From Oopsacas minuta (taxonomy: Eukaryota; Animalia; Porifera): a stretch of DNA of 64,000 bases. The stretch is taken from assembly GCA_024704765.1 (NCBI GenBank), contig JAKMXF010000199.1, positions 620,605-684,604 of the forward strand, written 5' to 3'. Shown here piece by piece: positions 13,666-28,033 of the stretch (position 1 is the stretch's first letter; every line of letters begins with the position of its first letter). The notes below the pieces were generated by a model. The model did no database searches and was not told where the DNA came from. It worked only from the letters and a program-made list of their open reading frames with translations. The position numbers and the translations under genes are program-made.

Positions 13666-15003
13666 ATCAGGGTATTCAATAAGTTTTGCAGGTCATGATA
13701 CATCTTAGGAATTAGTCACGTAATATATCTAACTTTCACATATTATAAGCCCATATAGTTAAACCCCATATACTGAAAGTTTCAAGCTTATTCAATACAA
13801 ATTATGGATTTTTGAGATAGTTACGTGTAGTCAATTTATTCCCATTGTTGAATTTATGGCTTCAAATGATGATAATTTCAACCTCAAATGGCGAGCGTAC
13901 ATAGATTTTCGCACAATACTCAAGATTCAGCCCGTACAGATCTTCAGCGAGTTACAAGAGATATTGTGCGTGGATTACCCTTCCAGATCTACTGTAGAGC
14001 GATGGGCTGCCCGTTTTAAATCTGGTGATGCTGATGTCACAGATTTGCATCGATCTGGAAGACCGGTATCCGCCACCACTTCAGAGAATATCGCACTCAT
14101 TGAAAGTATAGTCATGGAAGACAAGTGCATTACTGTCAACCAGTTAGAACAAAGTATGGAGATTTCATCGAGAGCTATTCATACAATTCTGACGACTGAG
14201 CTTGGCTACCGATCGATTTGTGGGAAATGGGTCCCGCATAAGCTCAGTGAGAATCAAAGGTTGGCACGACTGAATATTGCCAAGAAACTCTTGGAAACTT
14301 ATGAGAACTGCGATTCTAGACGCTAACAGATTATTACTGGTGACGAGACATGGGTGTACTGTACTATTCAACACTATATAGTAAGTATAAGAAGCGATCA
14401 TGGGTGAGGGGCGACGAACAACCGGCCAAAATTCCTAGGCCCGACTTCAGAAAACCTAAGATTATGTATACCATCTTCTTCAGTAGTCATGGAATTGTCT
14501 TGCAATTACCTTGTGAGAGTGGCAAGGCTGTTACTGCTACTTTCTTTACAGAGCAAGTGCTTCCAAATTTGATAAAAAATATAGAAAAGTAACGCCCAAA
14601 AACCGGAACTCGAGGAATGAAGATTTTAATTGATAACGCGAGTTCCCATACAGCTAAGCTTACCAAAAATTTCTGGATGTAGAAAGGTTAGAATTACTTC
14701 CCCATCCACCATACTCACCAGACCTAGCTCCGTGTGATTTTTGGCTTTTCCCCAAACTTAAAATCTACCTCAAGGCAAAGATTTTAACACATTACAAGCA
14801 CTCAGAACGGGCCTGTATCAGTACTTCAAATCCATCCTCGAAGAAGAGTACAGAAATGTGTTTTACTAGTGGGTGGAAAGGTTAAAACTTTGTGTATCTG
14901 CAGGAGGGGATTACTTTGAATAAATAATATAGTGAATTAGTGTGTATAGTGTTTGTATCATATTCTATGATATCACCCACAAGACTTATTGAAGGGCCCC
15001 TAG
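13666..15003 (+). mobile_element. Mariner element, transposase broken; left TIR hit by the hAT insertion
   Basis: ORF 13856-14326 (HTH, WVPHKL), ITGDETWV, HPPYSPDLAPCDFWLFPKLK. TIR core TTCAATAAGT(T/C)TTG at both ends. TA after 15003. Confidence 0.9.
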
Positions 15004-15175
15004 TACACTATATTGATAGCCAACAATTTAATATCGAGCCAATATATGAATGTCACGCTTTTTCGCACAGGTATTGAGGCTAGTGTTTCGCCAATATATG
15101 CTAAAAACCTTAGGCTGGCTGTATACGAATTACCCAGGTTTATGCTATCGGTTTGGACCTGTCCATAGTATATAG

Positions 15176-15955
15176 CAGGGGTTCTTAACTTTTTTGTCCT
15201 TACACCACCCTTTTATACCCATTTTGTCCTTACGCCCCCCTTTTATAACCATTAAATAATTATACTACCTTGACTTTGAAATGTATTTGTTAATACATAT
15301 GTATTTCACTATAAGGATACTGCTTTGATTAATCGAGTATCTAACTAACTGATGAGGTAAATTATTCAATGTGATTGTTGAATCTGTTTTTCAGCAACAA
15401 TATTTTAATCCTTGGAGGTGTTCCTGAGAGTGCACAACGCAGGTCAGCTTCTACAAACATCCTCCTTCGATATTTACTCTTAATGAGCACTAATGTTGAA
15501 AATCCTGTCTCACAGAGATAGGTTGAGGAAAATTGTACGAGGACACGAAATGCTAGCTGGCTGAGATCAAGGTACATTGGCAAATACTTAACCCAGAACT
15601 TCTCCAATGATAGATTGTTAAAATCTTCCATTGCAGAGGAGTTATACTTCATGTCTAAAAACTCTTCCTGCAAGACCTCAGGAACATTACTCACATCTGT
15701 AAGAAAAGGATTTCTGATATGTACACACTGTAAACGAGGTGGTTATTTGTCCCTTTTAAAATCAGAATCTAAATTCACATCATGGAGGATATTCGAGGCA
15801 CCAAGCTTCAAATTTAAGTACTAGACAAGTAAAAATTTAATGATTTATACACTTGAAAAAAAATCAAAATGCAAAATTCAAAATCAAATGCCACGCCCCC
15901 TGAAAAGATCCTGACGCCCCCCAGAGGAGCGTGCCCCCCTGGTTAAGAACCCCTG
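15176..15955 (-). mobile_element. Non-autonomous Buster/Charlie-type hAT (780 bp) retaining only the transposase C-terminus
   Basis: Perfect 14-bp TIR CAGGGGTTCTTAAC. Perfect 8-bp TSD GTATATAG. ORF 15362-15694 contains FSSTYLCETGFSTLVLIKSKYR. Confidence 0.95.
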
Positions 15956-16380
15956 GTATATAGGGATGCTGCAACACTGATGTAATTATATCGATACGAA
16001 TATATATACTTGCCAACCTGAGTTAAAGGAAACGCAGTACGTAAGGTACTAATTTAGCGCTACATCGCGATACGTGACATATTTATATTAGACTAGAATA
16101 CAAAAATCGGGACAATTAAGATTTTTGGCGGACATTACCCTCAACACATTTCCGAAAAAGCGGGAAGTCCAGCCAAAATGGACGAGTTGCAAGTTTGAAT
16201 ATACATAGATCCATATCGTTCGTTTGTACAATTAATAACTGTGCGGTTTTGAATAAAATATCAGGTTATTTTTCAAATTTACTGTGTATTATTAATAGGA
16301 TAAATTTCACTTTGTATATCTTAATGAGCCAGAGGATGGTCACAATTTATTGGGGTTCCTGATGTTTACTCTAATTAGGT

Positions 16381-16473
16381 TTGACCTGGTCATATAACCA
16401 TGTTGACCTTGTCATTTAATCAGCTCACCTGGTCAAAACCTGGTCTGAAAATTCTACCCTGGTTTGACCTGGC
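16381..16473. repeat. Cluster of ACCTGG-like motifs
   Basis: About six ACCTGG/ACCTTG/CCCTGG motifs within 93 bp, e.g. TGACCTGGTCA, CACCTGGTCA, AACCTGGTCT. Possibly TE subterminal repeats. Confidence 0.45.
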
Positions 16474-19400
16474 AGATTGCATTACTGGCACTGCCCTGAC
16501 ACCTCAAATTGCAATGGAACAATATACGATAATATGAAAATACTTGTATATTTATCCATTTCACAGAATCATTTTTTTCGGAGATTTCTGTATAGGAACC
16601 TTTTCGGGTTATTTTACTCTTTCTCACGATTAGCGACCTGGGGGAGGAGGCAGAAATACCGATTTTGACTGTAATAACGTTCATATTTATTAGTATTTTT
16701 TTGGTAATTAATCTGATCTATATACAATTATGACTTAGTAATACCTTTAAATGTTGTTGATGATCCGAGTAGCTCATCATTTTTTGATACAACATAAAAG
16801 TAACTAGAGCATCAGGATATTTCAAAAAAGATCGTACGATCGGGATCGAGAACAATTTTCTAGAATCGGAAGGGGATCATCTCTCCCTTTCTAAAAGTAG
16901 GATAGTGATAGTGTTCGGATCTAAATTTTTACAAAGGTCTAGATCTTTTATATCAGTGACAGAAAGTTTATTTATATTTAGATTGAAGTGAGGAACCAGT
17001 AAGAGCATTCATGGTCCTAAATAGGAACTGGATCGGATTGTGCAATGCCCTAGTAGTAGATATTCAAATCCAAGCCTTTCATTTTGCAATATTCTGCACT
17101 ATTTTTGCCATGTGTAATAATAATCATCAAGATTGATGTCCTAAATCAACATCTTATACGTACCTAATTTTGATGATCTTCAAACAAATTTCAATCTATG
17201 GTAATGCCCCAAATACTTGTTGAATTATTGAATTAATTTATTAGGGCTTTAGATCAAAATTATATGACCCATTTCCAGAGTTATATGTCGGCCCTCAGAA
17301 CATTGCCACGTGAATAATATATCCTTGAATCATACAAACAAAGCAAGTATAGTATAAGTAAAATTTAGACCATTATTGTCTGGAATTTTAAAGAGAACGA
17401 GGAGGTTCCGGTTGCGATCAAGTAAAGTCGTGTTTAATAGTAGTTTCGAGGGTTGATACACAGGGACATCGATAGCCACCGACCCCCGAGAATTATTTCG
17501 GGACCTTGTGTATTAGCATAAATAGTTGATTTAGATATCAACACATTTATAGTGCATATCTTCCGCAGTTATTGTGCTAGGCACCACAATAACTGAACAC
17601 AATTAGGGTTGCCAGACTATCGTGTTTGAGCGTTCTGTCCGATCCCGGGTTTGGAACGAATACCTCCGGGTTTGAAAGATATTATTTCTTGTGAAGTACA
17701 CATTTGCGAATCTTTCTCAAATATATCCCTTTAAGCAGTGCATTTCCCTGGAGACAAGCAAGTTTTTCTCGCTTGCTACGCTTGCTCTTTCAATTGTTAG
17801 ATTCCTACGATTGTACACTTTCTATTCGATCCATACATTTTGTATAAAAAATCAAATCATTCCGCCTCACAATTTGATCAATACTAATATATTTCTGTAA
17901 CTCATCCAACTATATAATAGACTACATGGCCACAGGTGTGCGTATGTTAGGTGCTGCGCTAGCACCACCAAGAAGTAATAATTTCTATTAATATACAGAT
18001 ATTGAGATCTGAGAATTCTGCATCGATACGTCATTCCTCGTCACGCCAAGATCTTCATATTTCTTAAGTCCCTTTACTTTGAATTTGCTTGTCTCAGGGA
18101 ATCCCTAGAAGTATAGAAATTATCGGTAATTCACATATGAGCAAAGGTATGATCAGGTTTTAGTAGCGGTAAGCATATATGTTTAATATTGTCACCAGTG
18201 GTGTCTTGTTCAAAAGGATGCGTCACAAATAAGAAATTATACTCAAATTTATGATAGGTGATCACTTGATTACGTAATTGCCATTTAGAACGATTTTGGC
18301 ACTTTTTGAGTCCAAGTTTATCATGTTTTACAAAGGATTAAAGATTGTACTGAAGTATCATGAGATTATGTGTACCAAAAAGTGTTAAATGTGAATGAAA
18401 CTTTGACACATTCCTCCGTTGCCATGCAAATGTGTTTCATCAGATTCTAGCCATATCTGAAAAATATTGATGATAGAGAAATAAATATTTTACTAATGTA
18501 TCCTCAATAGGCGACTTCATGTTCTTGAGAAGACAGTTCGATACATAACTCTAGATTCTAATAAGGTACTATGAGAAACTAAACACAAGGATTAAGTAAA
18601 TACCAATATATGGTGTATTCACTTACTAACCGTTAGTATTAGGTATCAAAATTGTAATATTTATGAATAATAAGTCAACTATTGATAAAATCCTGGGGAA
18701 AACCCTGGTCTCAAAAATTCCGGGTTTCTATTGTATGAAGAAATAGAGGAATAGAGAGAATTCGGCCGCTGTTAGTTGGAAACTTGTTTCAGCTCCACTT
18801 CCCGCATCTGATTTGACTCCAGTACGAATATTGTAATTATTTCACCATTTTCTCAATGTAATTGAGTTAGATAGTGTATTAACCAGCTAATTCTTCACTG
18901 TAAATGGTATTTTCTTCGTCTAGCATATATAATATAAATTTGATTTTCATATGTTTTACGAATTTCTTGCATATACGACACAAAATAATGAGACAATGAT
19001 AATGATCCCCCCAGCATGCATGGTAAGGTGAATCCCTAATAGAGCCCTTGGCAAGTTACTGCACGCATCATAGATAAGTACAGAAATATACCTCGATGGG
19101 AATATGGTTTGTCCAATATTTATTCACTGTGAAAGTGGAATTATCTAGGAGCGCTCGACGCTCCTCTAGGTGAATGATTTTGACGGAATATTATCTAGGA
19201 GAGTAATAATTGGTGATCTTTCCCTATACCGTATCACTATTATCCAGCTTTCGGAGTATAAAAATTAAGACCAGGAGCGGGTAAAAGCGTTGCCAGAATA
19301 ATCTGAATAACTTCGTGAGTGGGGATTCTATGCATTATGACATAGACACACAGGTGCCTGTTTAACAAAATGTACAAAGTTCCCAGTGAATAGGCATTGG

Positions 19401-19690
19401 ATAATCCATCATCCGGACGTAATGTGTAGTTACTACAGTATTACTCACGTATTTATCCGACTCTGGCATTCAATTATACAACTCAGCAAATTTATTACCT
19501 GATTCAGAAATTCAAGTAGCCGAACCAGGCATTCAATTATCAAATCAGTTTATAGGCGTGGAACGAAACAAACTGAAATACGCTGTATTTTTTAGTATTA
19601 ATCACAATGCTTAGATCATGTTATTGTATACATTATATATACAATGTACGAATGAGAGACTTTTCTTATCGATTTTCAATATAGTGTGAT

Positions 19691-19811
19691 GATGGGTCAA
19701 TGGGTTAATGGATGACATGATGGATCGATGGGTCGGTGTGTCATAAGATGGTTCATGAGACACGGATACTATAGGTCAGATGGGTCTTGAGTCACCTCTG
19801 GAGACCCATGG
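19691..19811. repeat. Degenerate ATGGGTC minisatellite
   Basis: Repeated GATGGGTC/ATGGGTT/GATGGATC/GATGGTTC variants. Confidence 0.5.
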
Positions 19812-20641
19812 CCTAGTTAGTAGAGGAAGAGCTAATGAACGACCGTCTAATACAATCCAGTCGCTGAAATGCAAAAGCTATATAATTCAAATGATTTGAA
19901 TTGAATCTAATCAATCTCACTTGTTTCATCCTCCCTTAGACTAATTGAGTAATAAGCGGCTATAAATATCCTCCTCTTTCTATCTGGCCTAGTGTTATAT
20001 AACCTGCGACTACATGGGTTTTTTCTGTTATTGTTGTTGCAATATAAGTCGCCGATGCAATTCTCGATTCTGTTTATATCTATTCATGAGAGATTGATTG
20101 AGGCACTTTTGAATAATTCGTTAGGGATCTGATTTCCCTCAAATTGCTGAAAAATAATCTTCAATTGAGCGGAGATTGGGCAATTTCGGTAGAATCTTAT
20201 TCTTGAAACTTAGCAAGGCATCAGTAGCCAGTTTGTCCAAAGTTCCAGCATGTTAAATTCTACCTATTTTCTGGTCTAAAACCTTTACTTATACCCGCGC
20301 CAACTCTTTCAACTTTTCCACTTCGCTTATCTTTATACCACATACTCTCGTCCGTTGGACATTTCTAAATACAATTTCGCTAATCAACACTGCTCATATT
20401 TCAACTAATGCTCCAACATATTGAAGTAACTCCTTTCTTTGAACAGATTTCAATTCTCCTTCTGTTATATGTCTATTTTAGAGGTTTCTTATGCCGTTAA
20501 CCTCTTTTTTATATTTCTCTTTCAGTGTAATCTTTTGAAAACTGATCTGCCGTCTATCATACAAATTTTAGATAGGAAAAGATAACAAATTTATGTATAT
20601 TTTCTCAAATTTACCCAAACTACCAAAATGATCCGATCATA

Positions 20642-21974
20642 CAGGGGCATTCAATAAATACTAATCACACCATCTAAAACTATAAATACTTGTGTAAAGT
20701 TGGTAATTTTTGCTATGAATGTTCAAAGTAGTCTCCCTTATACGCTACAACTGAATTTAGCCTTTTAATCCAATTTTCAAATGTCTTTCTATACTGATCC
20801 ATGGGTATGACTTCAAGGTATTTGTAAATTGCCCGACCGAGCTGAGCCGATCCTCAAATTCGCGTCCGGAGGGGTTATTTTTGAGTTTTCCAAACAGCCA
20901 GAAGTCACATGGGGCTATATCAGGGGAGTAAGGTGGATGTGGAACTTCGTGCATACCCATATCTTTAATTTTTTGCCTTACAGCCAAAGATTTATGCGGT
21001 CCAGCATTATCGTGCAAAATTTTGAGACCACGAGTTCCAGCCTTTGGACGACGCATAAGATAGTGTTTTTCGACCTCAGGCAACACCACATCTGCGTAAA
21101 ATTGTCCTGTGAGTGTTTGACCTTTGGGAACAGGGATTTGGGCTACAGGACCTAGGCCTTCGAAAAATATGCAGTACAAGACCTTCGGGGTACGGAAGTC
21201 GGACACACAAACAGCTGGGGGGTACCTCTCCCTTCTTTATCCATACCCTGCCATCTTGCTTTCTGATCGGTGGTTTGAATTGTATCCATGTTTCATCTCC
21301 TTTACAATCTCTAATAACTGCCTGGGGTCTCCCTTCATAAATTTCAATGTTTTCCTTAGCCATTTGGAGTCTCGCGGCCTTTTGTGGAAAAGTTGAGCAA
21401 TGTGGTACCCATCGCACTTGGACCTTCCTCAGTACTAAATCCGCCTTCAGGATTGTGTGTACACTTCCCGTTGAAATGCCAACATAGTTAGCTACCTCCT
21501 CAACCGAAGAATGCGGAAAAGACTCAACATATTCCTTACTTCACTCAATTTGTCAGTGTTGGTCGCCAGTTTTGGTGCTCCAGGACGAGGGGCGTCTTGC
21601 ACAGAGGTCCTACTTTCCCTAAATAGGCTCACCCACCTTCTAACAGTTGAATACGATAAATTATCTTCTCTACATATCGTTGCCAACTCGTCATGAATAG
21701 ACTTTGGAGGGATTTCGAGAATGGTGCGAAATTTGATGTACGTTCGTTGTTCAAGTTCCGAAAAATTTGAACAAGAAGCCATGAAAAGTGTGAAGGACAA
21801 AATGTAGGTTTCTAGAAATAACTGAATCTTGAGAAATAATTAAGCGATCAACTCTCTCTAAGTATTGTTAGAAAAGTTGAAATATGGTTCTACATAATTG
21901 CACTGAGAAATACTAGCTTAGAACTGCTATTTCATTATAAATATACAGTGATTAGTATATATTGAATGCCCCTG
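20642..21974 (-). mobile_element. Mariner element, full length (1333 bp), transposase broken
   Basis: TA-flanked 27-bp TIRs CAGGGGCATTCAATA(A/T)ATACTAATCAC (26/27). Fragments with HTH, WVPH, GDETWI, HDNAGPH and HPPYSPDIAPCDF. Confidence 0.95.
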
Positions 21975-23321
21975 TACCTCAATTGATGTGCTTCAGATGT
22001 AAATATCTTTGGGTATTCTTCTGTAAGAATAGAAGAGAAAGAGAAATACCCTATTTTAACGTTTGTGGGGTTGCAGCAATGATAATAGTATTGTCAGTAA
22101 ATATCTGCAAACAATTTTCAGGGTCATTATGAACTGAAGATAAATCATATTGATCAGGTTTTCGTGATTAGCTTTGATCGATACGCATCCTAGATCTTGA
22201 CAACCCCCATCCATTGACGTTAAGCAGCACTCAAAGTTTTCCAATAAATTATAATCCTTAAGAAGTGTCGAGGTCATATCTTCATTTGAGATCTCTGGAA
22301 AATGAGGGTTTTTTAGAGAAATTTGTTCCCCTGATTCTTCGTCAGTGTATTCCTACTGAGTTTAATAAAGACTTGATGCGGGTGCGAGTATACCCTCTTG
22401 ACTTCCCAAATTTACACTACCATCCATTGTCCTTCGAATTAGAAGGGATTTATTCTGGGAAAATTTATTGAGGCTTGGTGTACTGGCTAAGATTCTACTG
22501 TTGCTTGATTAAAGAGTGAGATCTGGTGTTGAATCACATAAAGAAGTAACAGGACAGATATTTACTCCAGGAACAATATTTAGATTTCTAATAAAGGGAG
22601 AATTGTGTTATGTGATGCCAGAGGGGGAATCAACACTTTCAAAGTGTAAATTACTAACCAAGACGGGACTTATTCCATCTAGTTCTACATCGCTGGCTAC
22701 AACTATAAATCCTTTAGATTTAAGCTGAATCTGCTTACGAAGCAAAGTTTTGTAGAAATTTTATGTTGACTAATGAGATGACTATGATACCTGAAAATGT
22801 TGTATAATTAAATATAATTATTTGACTAAACATTATGTAAAATTAGATAAGCCCTGATCACAAATTTCACCCATATTTGAATGGATTTACGGAATATTGA
22901 TCCCTCTATATGAGAAAATCTCGCATGAATCGGTAGAGGTATCCCTTACCGTTCGGGGTGGTTATTTTCCTGCAAATGTCCTTGAATAGCAAATTCATGA
23001 TCGGCCAGACTATAGCTTAATGGCAATAATTGGATTACATTCCTAGATATCAGGACAACACACAGACACCATGCAATTAAATACATTCAAATTCAATAAT
23101 AGATTTTAGTTATGTGTGAAATTATAGGATTTATTCACAAATTGTGTTGAAAATCAAGAGTTTTAATACTTGAATCTTGGGCAAAGAATGACAGTCCTTT
23201 TAGTTGGAAACATACGAGTAGAAATTTGAATTTTAATGAAATCTGGGAGTGGTCCAGATACCAAGCGCCTGGCAGCGCAAGTGTCAATCGATTCAGAGAT
23301 ATTATTAGCAGAGTAATTTAT

Positions 23322-26079
23322 TCATAATTGAAGTATAAATAGTTCTGGGTCGAAATTACTTTCTGGGTCATGTATTATAGTCTCTCCTTGTTCAAACATA
23401 TTTAGCTTAACTGTAGATCGTTTGATAAACTCTTGTATAAGGTCTTCTATAGGTAGAATTGTTCGAACTAAGTCCCGGTGACTCTTTAGAAACGCAAAAC
23501 TATTCATGCGTTCTTGACCTTGGGTTGACCTCAAATATGTGAGCAACCTTCGCAACATACTAAAGATCTCTCTGCTTCGCATGTCATCACAGGGAGTACA
23601 AGGTACAAAACAAGAGCGGTGTGTAAATCAGGTAACATGACATTCATTCCGGGTTCAGCTTTGAGTTTTTCTTCAGAGTTCGCCAGGAAGTCTCGAGGCC
23701 TTTAATATCACAGCGGTAAAAATGAAGCTTGCCTTTCCCACTTAAGTTGTGCCAATCCTGGAAGTTCACCATTATAGAATCTCGTGGGCTCTTCTAGGTC
23801 CTTATCAACCTTGTTCACGCTCCCGCTTGGAATACCTATAAGCATACTTTGCTAAAATCTTACTATTCCTTCTACATTATAAACATCCAACCTACCTGCT
23901 TGTACATATCTACACATCTCTTTTTGATCTGAATATCCACTTCCTGAATATTCGAATCTATTGGAATTGCTCCCCACTCTTTTGGTGTACTCTACGGAGT
24001 TGAAATGTTCAGAGTTGGTCTAATCTAAGATCTCCTGCAGCTTTCTTAACTTCTTGGTAGAAAACCAGGGAATTTTCATCACTGTAAGCTTGACTACTAA
24101 GAACAGTCACGTGGGTGTTAACCAACTTTCTGACATCGCCCACCGTCATCTCTCGACCTTGACACATAGTGTGGATAGGGTTTGTTAGGGTCAATATCTT
24201 CTCGAATAGCACAATACCAAAATACCTCTCGTATGATTCGAGAACGCAGAAGAGAGCGTGATTCGGCCCGCTTCTCAGGTTTGAGCCTTCTATCATCTTA
24301 TAGCAATTCAAGCAGGTCAAGAACCATAATATAGTGTACCAACAGGCTTTCAATGCTGGAGAGCCTCATTCTCCATCTTGTTGTCACAATGGCCTCAGTT
24401 CGCGCTTGTCAAGTTTGGGGTTCTCCAAAGCTGCGGCAGTTACCATCTCGTTAACAATTCATATCTTTTGGGAGGACGTTTTTATGAAATTCATTACTCC
24501 ATGTACTTTCTCCCACGCGTTTTCCACTTCTCGTACAGATTACATGCTGTCTTGAATCACCAGATTCATGTTATGCCCAAAACAGTATACCCATAACGCT
24601 TTAGCGTTTTCAGCACGAACTTTGGCTTGGAGACCATTATGGCGTCCAGACATATTACTGCTCCATCATATCCCTGACCCTCATCGAGTCAAATTGTAAA
24701 TTCAATACCAGTAAGGCATTCTTAAGAATAGTTAATAAGGTATCAGCGTCTGTAGTAGTTGTATGAAAGAAGCCAAAAAATGTCTCTATTGAATTCAGAT
24801 CCGCGTCAACGTGGTGGATGTACACACTAACTTGCTTACGCCTCCTGATATCCTGTGACTCGTCCATTATGACCTATAAAAGAAACGAACCTCCTTCTTT
24901 GCTTGGATTCTTGTTTGATGAGCGTAATAAAGTATTTAGTCATCTATCTCTCATTTTTATTATTTCGTTTTGAATTTCAGGACTCTTAAATTTATTCGTG
25001 CACCCGAAGAAAAATACATTTTGGCTTCATCGTTGAACCTCGATACCAGAAGAGCAAGGTTCCAGATATTAGAGGTATCTTTTGCGTCCCTGTGCTCATG
25101 TAGGCCTAGTCCTTGTGATGCCCCACGTCATAACAGAGTCTAATACTGAACTGAGGTCATTGAACTCAATATCCCCACGCTTGATCCTGTGAAATCTATC
25201 CTCAATGACTGGTTTAATTATCTCCATTTGATAGACTAACCAAACCTTTTGGTAGTCAGGCTGGTTCTCTCCCATATACCTATCAAGTGAGCTTTTACCT
25301 TTCTTAGTGCTTCTCCATCCCTCACCATCACCTGTCTTGACCCACTTTGAGGTGCCACGTGTATTGCCCTTCTCAATGGGTTGTATGCGGTTATTCTTGA
25401 TTGCCCATACGCATACGGCGCAATGGCACGTCTCCATGTCTTCATTGAGTTTAAGCCACTTATACTCTATAAACATCTGCTTCTGCATATATCTCGTAGT
25501 ATACTCATCATTTCGAAAGGCATAAGCTTAGGAAGTTTCTCTAAATCCTCCAGGACAGGAAGAATACAATCCTTTTAGTTAGTTTCGCAGATATGGGGTG
25601 GAGTAGTTTAAGAAATCTCAGAGACCAAAAAGTGAAATAGGAGCGAGTGTCATGAGAGTTGTTTGGAAATTTCATGACAATCTTGAGGTTGAGAATGATA
25701 GCTGACTGATAAAGAATCATTTAGTACCCTGCTAATGGTTCAGATATTGGTTCTCCTCTTCCATTGACTTCCCTGTCATCAGCTTTGACATTGCTAAAGG
25801 AAGTGCTGGGGTTACGAGAACGAAGAGAAACTATTGGCACTTCGATCATGCTAAACCCCTAAACTATATTTTAAAGGGAAGTATTTGATCGGAAATTCTA
25901 ATTAACCACAATTTTTCCAAACGAGAAGACCTTTACATATACTATTATTTTTACATATTCTAACTCATTGTAAAGAAAAACCCTACTTCAGGTAACAAAT
26001 CCTGGGACAAGATAGACCCAACTTCCCCGACTCTTTCCGGGGGGCAGGTTCCCCCGCCCCCCCTGCAACGATGCCTATG
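23322..26079 (-). mobile_element. Decayed ZMYM1-like hAT element
   Basis: TTF-like finger WLKL...CHCAVC, MDESQD, GQGYDGA-NMSG, YCFGHNMNL, TTRW and CEAERSFSMLRR...RSTQGQERMN. Probable 5' terminus CATAGGCATCGTTGCAGGG ending at 26079. Other end not found. Confidence 0.85.
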
Positions 26080-26689
26080 ATTGGAAATATCTTTTTAGAC
26101 TTAACACATTAAAACTAAAATATTTGAAGTGAGTTATATGATATTTATAATGATAATGGAGTAAATGTAAACTAAATACTAATAATGGTAATTGGAAATA
26201 TAGAAAAGGTTTTAAAACCTGTAAAATTTTTTATCAAATTGCTGATGTGTGTAGGGAAAACCGCGAATAGTCGAGGGAATGAGTCACGAACAACAAAACA
26301 AAACAAAATACCATCCGAGAATAGTGGAAATCGGGTAAACTCGCAAACGACGAGGGCTGGCTACATACATAAACCAAAGTTCGCAGAAATATCCTTAGAC
26401 AAACGACACCGTTAACACGAATTAAGAAAAGATCTTGTCAATTGTTTAGTTTATATTAGTTGTTCTTAACTTGTTTGCCTCAGAACATTGTTAGGTGTGC
26501 CACTAAAATTCAATTTGTATAAAACGAATCTAGTCCTGCAGCTTTTATGGTCTAATTTTCTGGGCCTGTGGAGATGAAATTGTTCAAATTCAGGAAGAAT
26601 TAGAACTTTTACGAATATTCCATAAACAATGTATATCTATATTAATTTTGGGACAGCTGGTGAAATAATAATGAAGTAGGGCGATTCGC

Positions 26690-26860
26690 TTGCTCGGTCG
26701 CTGTGCGACAGCTTAGTGCTCTAGGTTAGCTTCACTATTAAACAGCTTAATTTTGTGGTGTTGGGTCACTCCGCACCAGAATCTACTCGGCACTAAGTAC
26801 CTCGAATTCAGAGAATAATTAAAATTTGAAGATATTATTATCCATGATCCATCCAAATTA
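26690..26860. repeat. Dispersed non-coding repeat family, homologous to 62955-63140
   Basis: Shared collinear blocks GCG(A/C)TTCGCTT, GGTCGCTG, TAAACAG..TTAA, TACTC(G/A)GCACTA and CTCGAATTCA(G/C)AGAATA. Related CTTCGCTT starts near 33575 and 46020. Confidence 0.5.
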
Positions 26861-28033
26861 CATTCAATGGCCTTCTGTCTTGACAGTGGAGATGCTATGT
26901 CGCTTTTGGCTAGTATCTCGGCACTTGGTGTCTCTGGTATTTAGAATTCTGAAATTGGATTTTTTTGTACAGTCATGATCACGTAAAACCCTCAATGAGT
27001 CAGCTTTTAGGCTGGCTCATGAAGATCTTTAGAATTTTGTACTGCGGATTGTAAATATCCAAAAGTAACGATCAAATTATACAAATATTCATCAAATCGA
27101 AGATTAGCAGTGGAGCAATCGAAAAATGCTCTCTATTAAGATATCCAATCTCGCAACTTTAAAAATTAGGAATGTCCTTAAATTTCTGGTACAATTGCAG
27201 AATCTTACACCCCCCAACTTTTTTAATGTGGTCAAAAATCCCTATATGCACCGTTCAAGAACTCGTTGAGAGAAGTTGATAGAGCTAAAGAAATCCAAAA
27301 TCGGATTAAAATTGACAAAGTTACGAAATATTTACTCCCTAAGCCAAATCCTATGGGAAAAATTGTATTACTCACTATAGTCAAATTGTATTGATTTATA
27401 CATTACAATTACCATAGGAATGCTCATACTGTTGATATTGCGGTTATACACGCTTGTTACCCTACTCTTTCATGTTCATTTGTTTGCTATTCAGTGTATT
27501 TCACTGCAGGTAATTCTTGTTACTTTAAAGGAAAGCTGGTTATTACATAATTCTGTCTACAACACTAAATATACAATGCAACATTTCATTTCATATTTTA
27601 TACTATGGCACCTCGACAATTCGACCTAGTTAATCGAATTCCCGATATGACACATATATTTGCATATATTCTGTTTCCTAAAATGGTAGTTTAATTTGTA
27701 TTACTCACGCCAAGGCAAACCAATTTTGATCGTTCGTTTGTGTTCGTATCAATGCTAGAAACAATTCATGTACTATTTAATCGCATAGTTATGATCCAGC
27801 TTCTCTCCAGGTGCGTTAGTAATGTTGGAACAAAGTTTTCATGGGTTTCTACTTATGATAGTGGGCAGAATATTAAATAAATGACACCCCATGGCTGGAT
27901 ATAATACTATGGGGAGTAGTTATATTTGGAGTAACTAATTAGTATTGAGCTTTCTATACACTACTTTAACTACAAATCTACAATATAACAAGTACTGCTA
28001 CAAAAGAAACACCAAAGCAGAAGTATGGTACAG

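Noticed and set aside
17604-17680. hAT-like terminus TAGGGTTGCCAGA (also at 50583)
   Set aside because: These are solo ends with no partner TIR or TSD, so no element boundaries can be supported.
19145-19169. GC hairpin GGAGCG-CTCGA-CGCTCC followed by CTAG as a Helitron 3' end
   Set aside because: The hairpin abuts CTAG instead of lying about 10 nt upstream, and no matching 5' end or Rep/Hel sequence was found.
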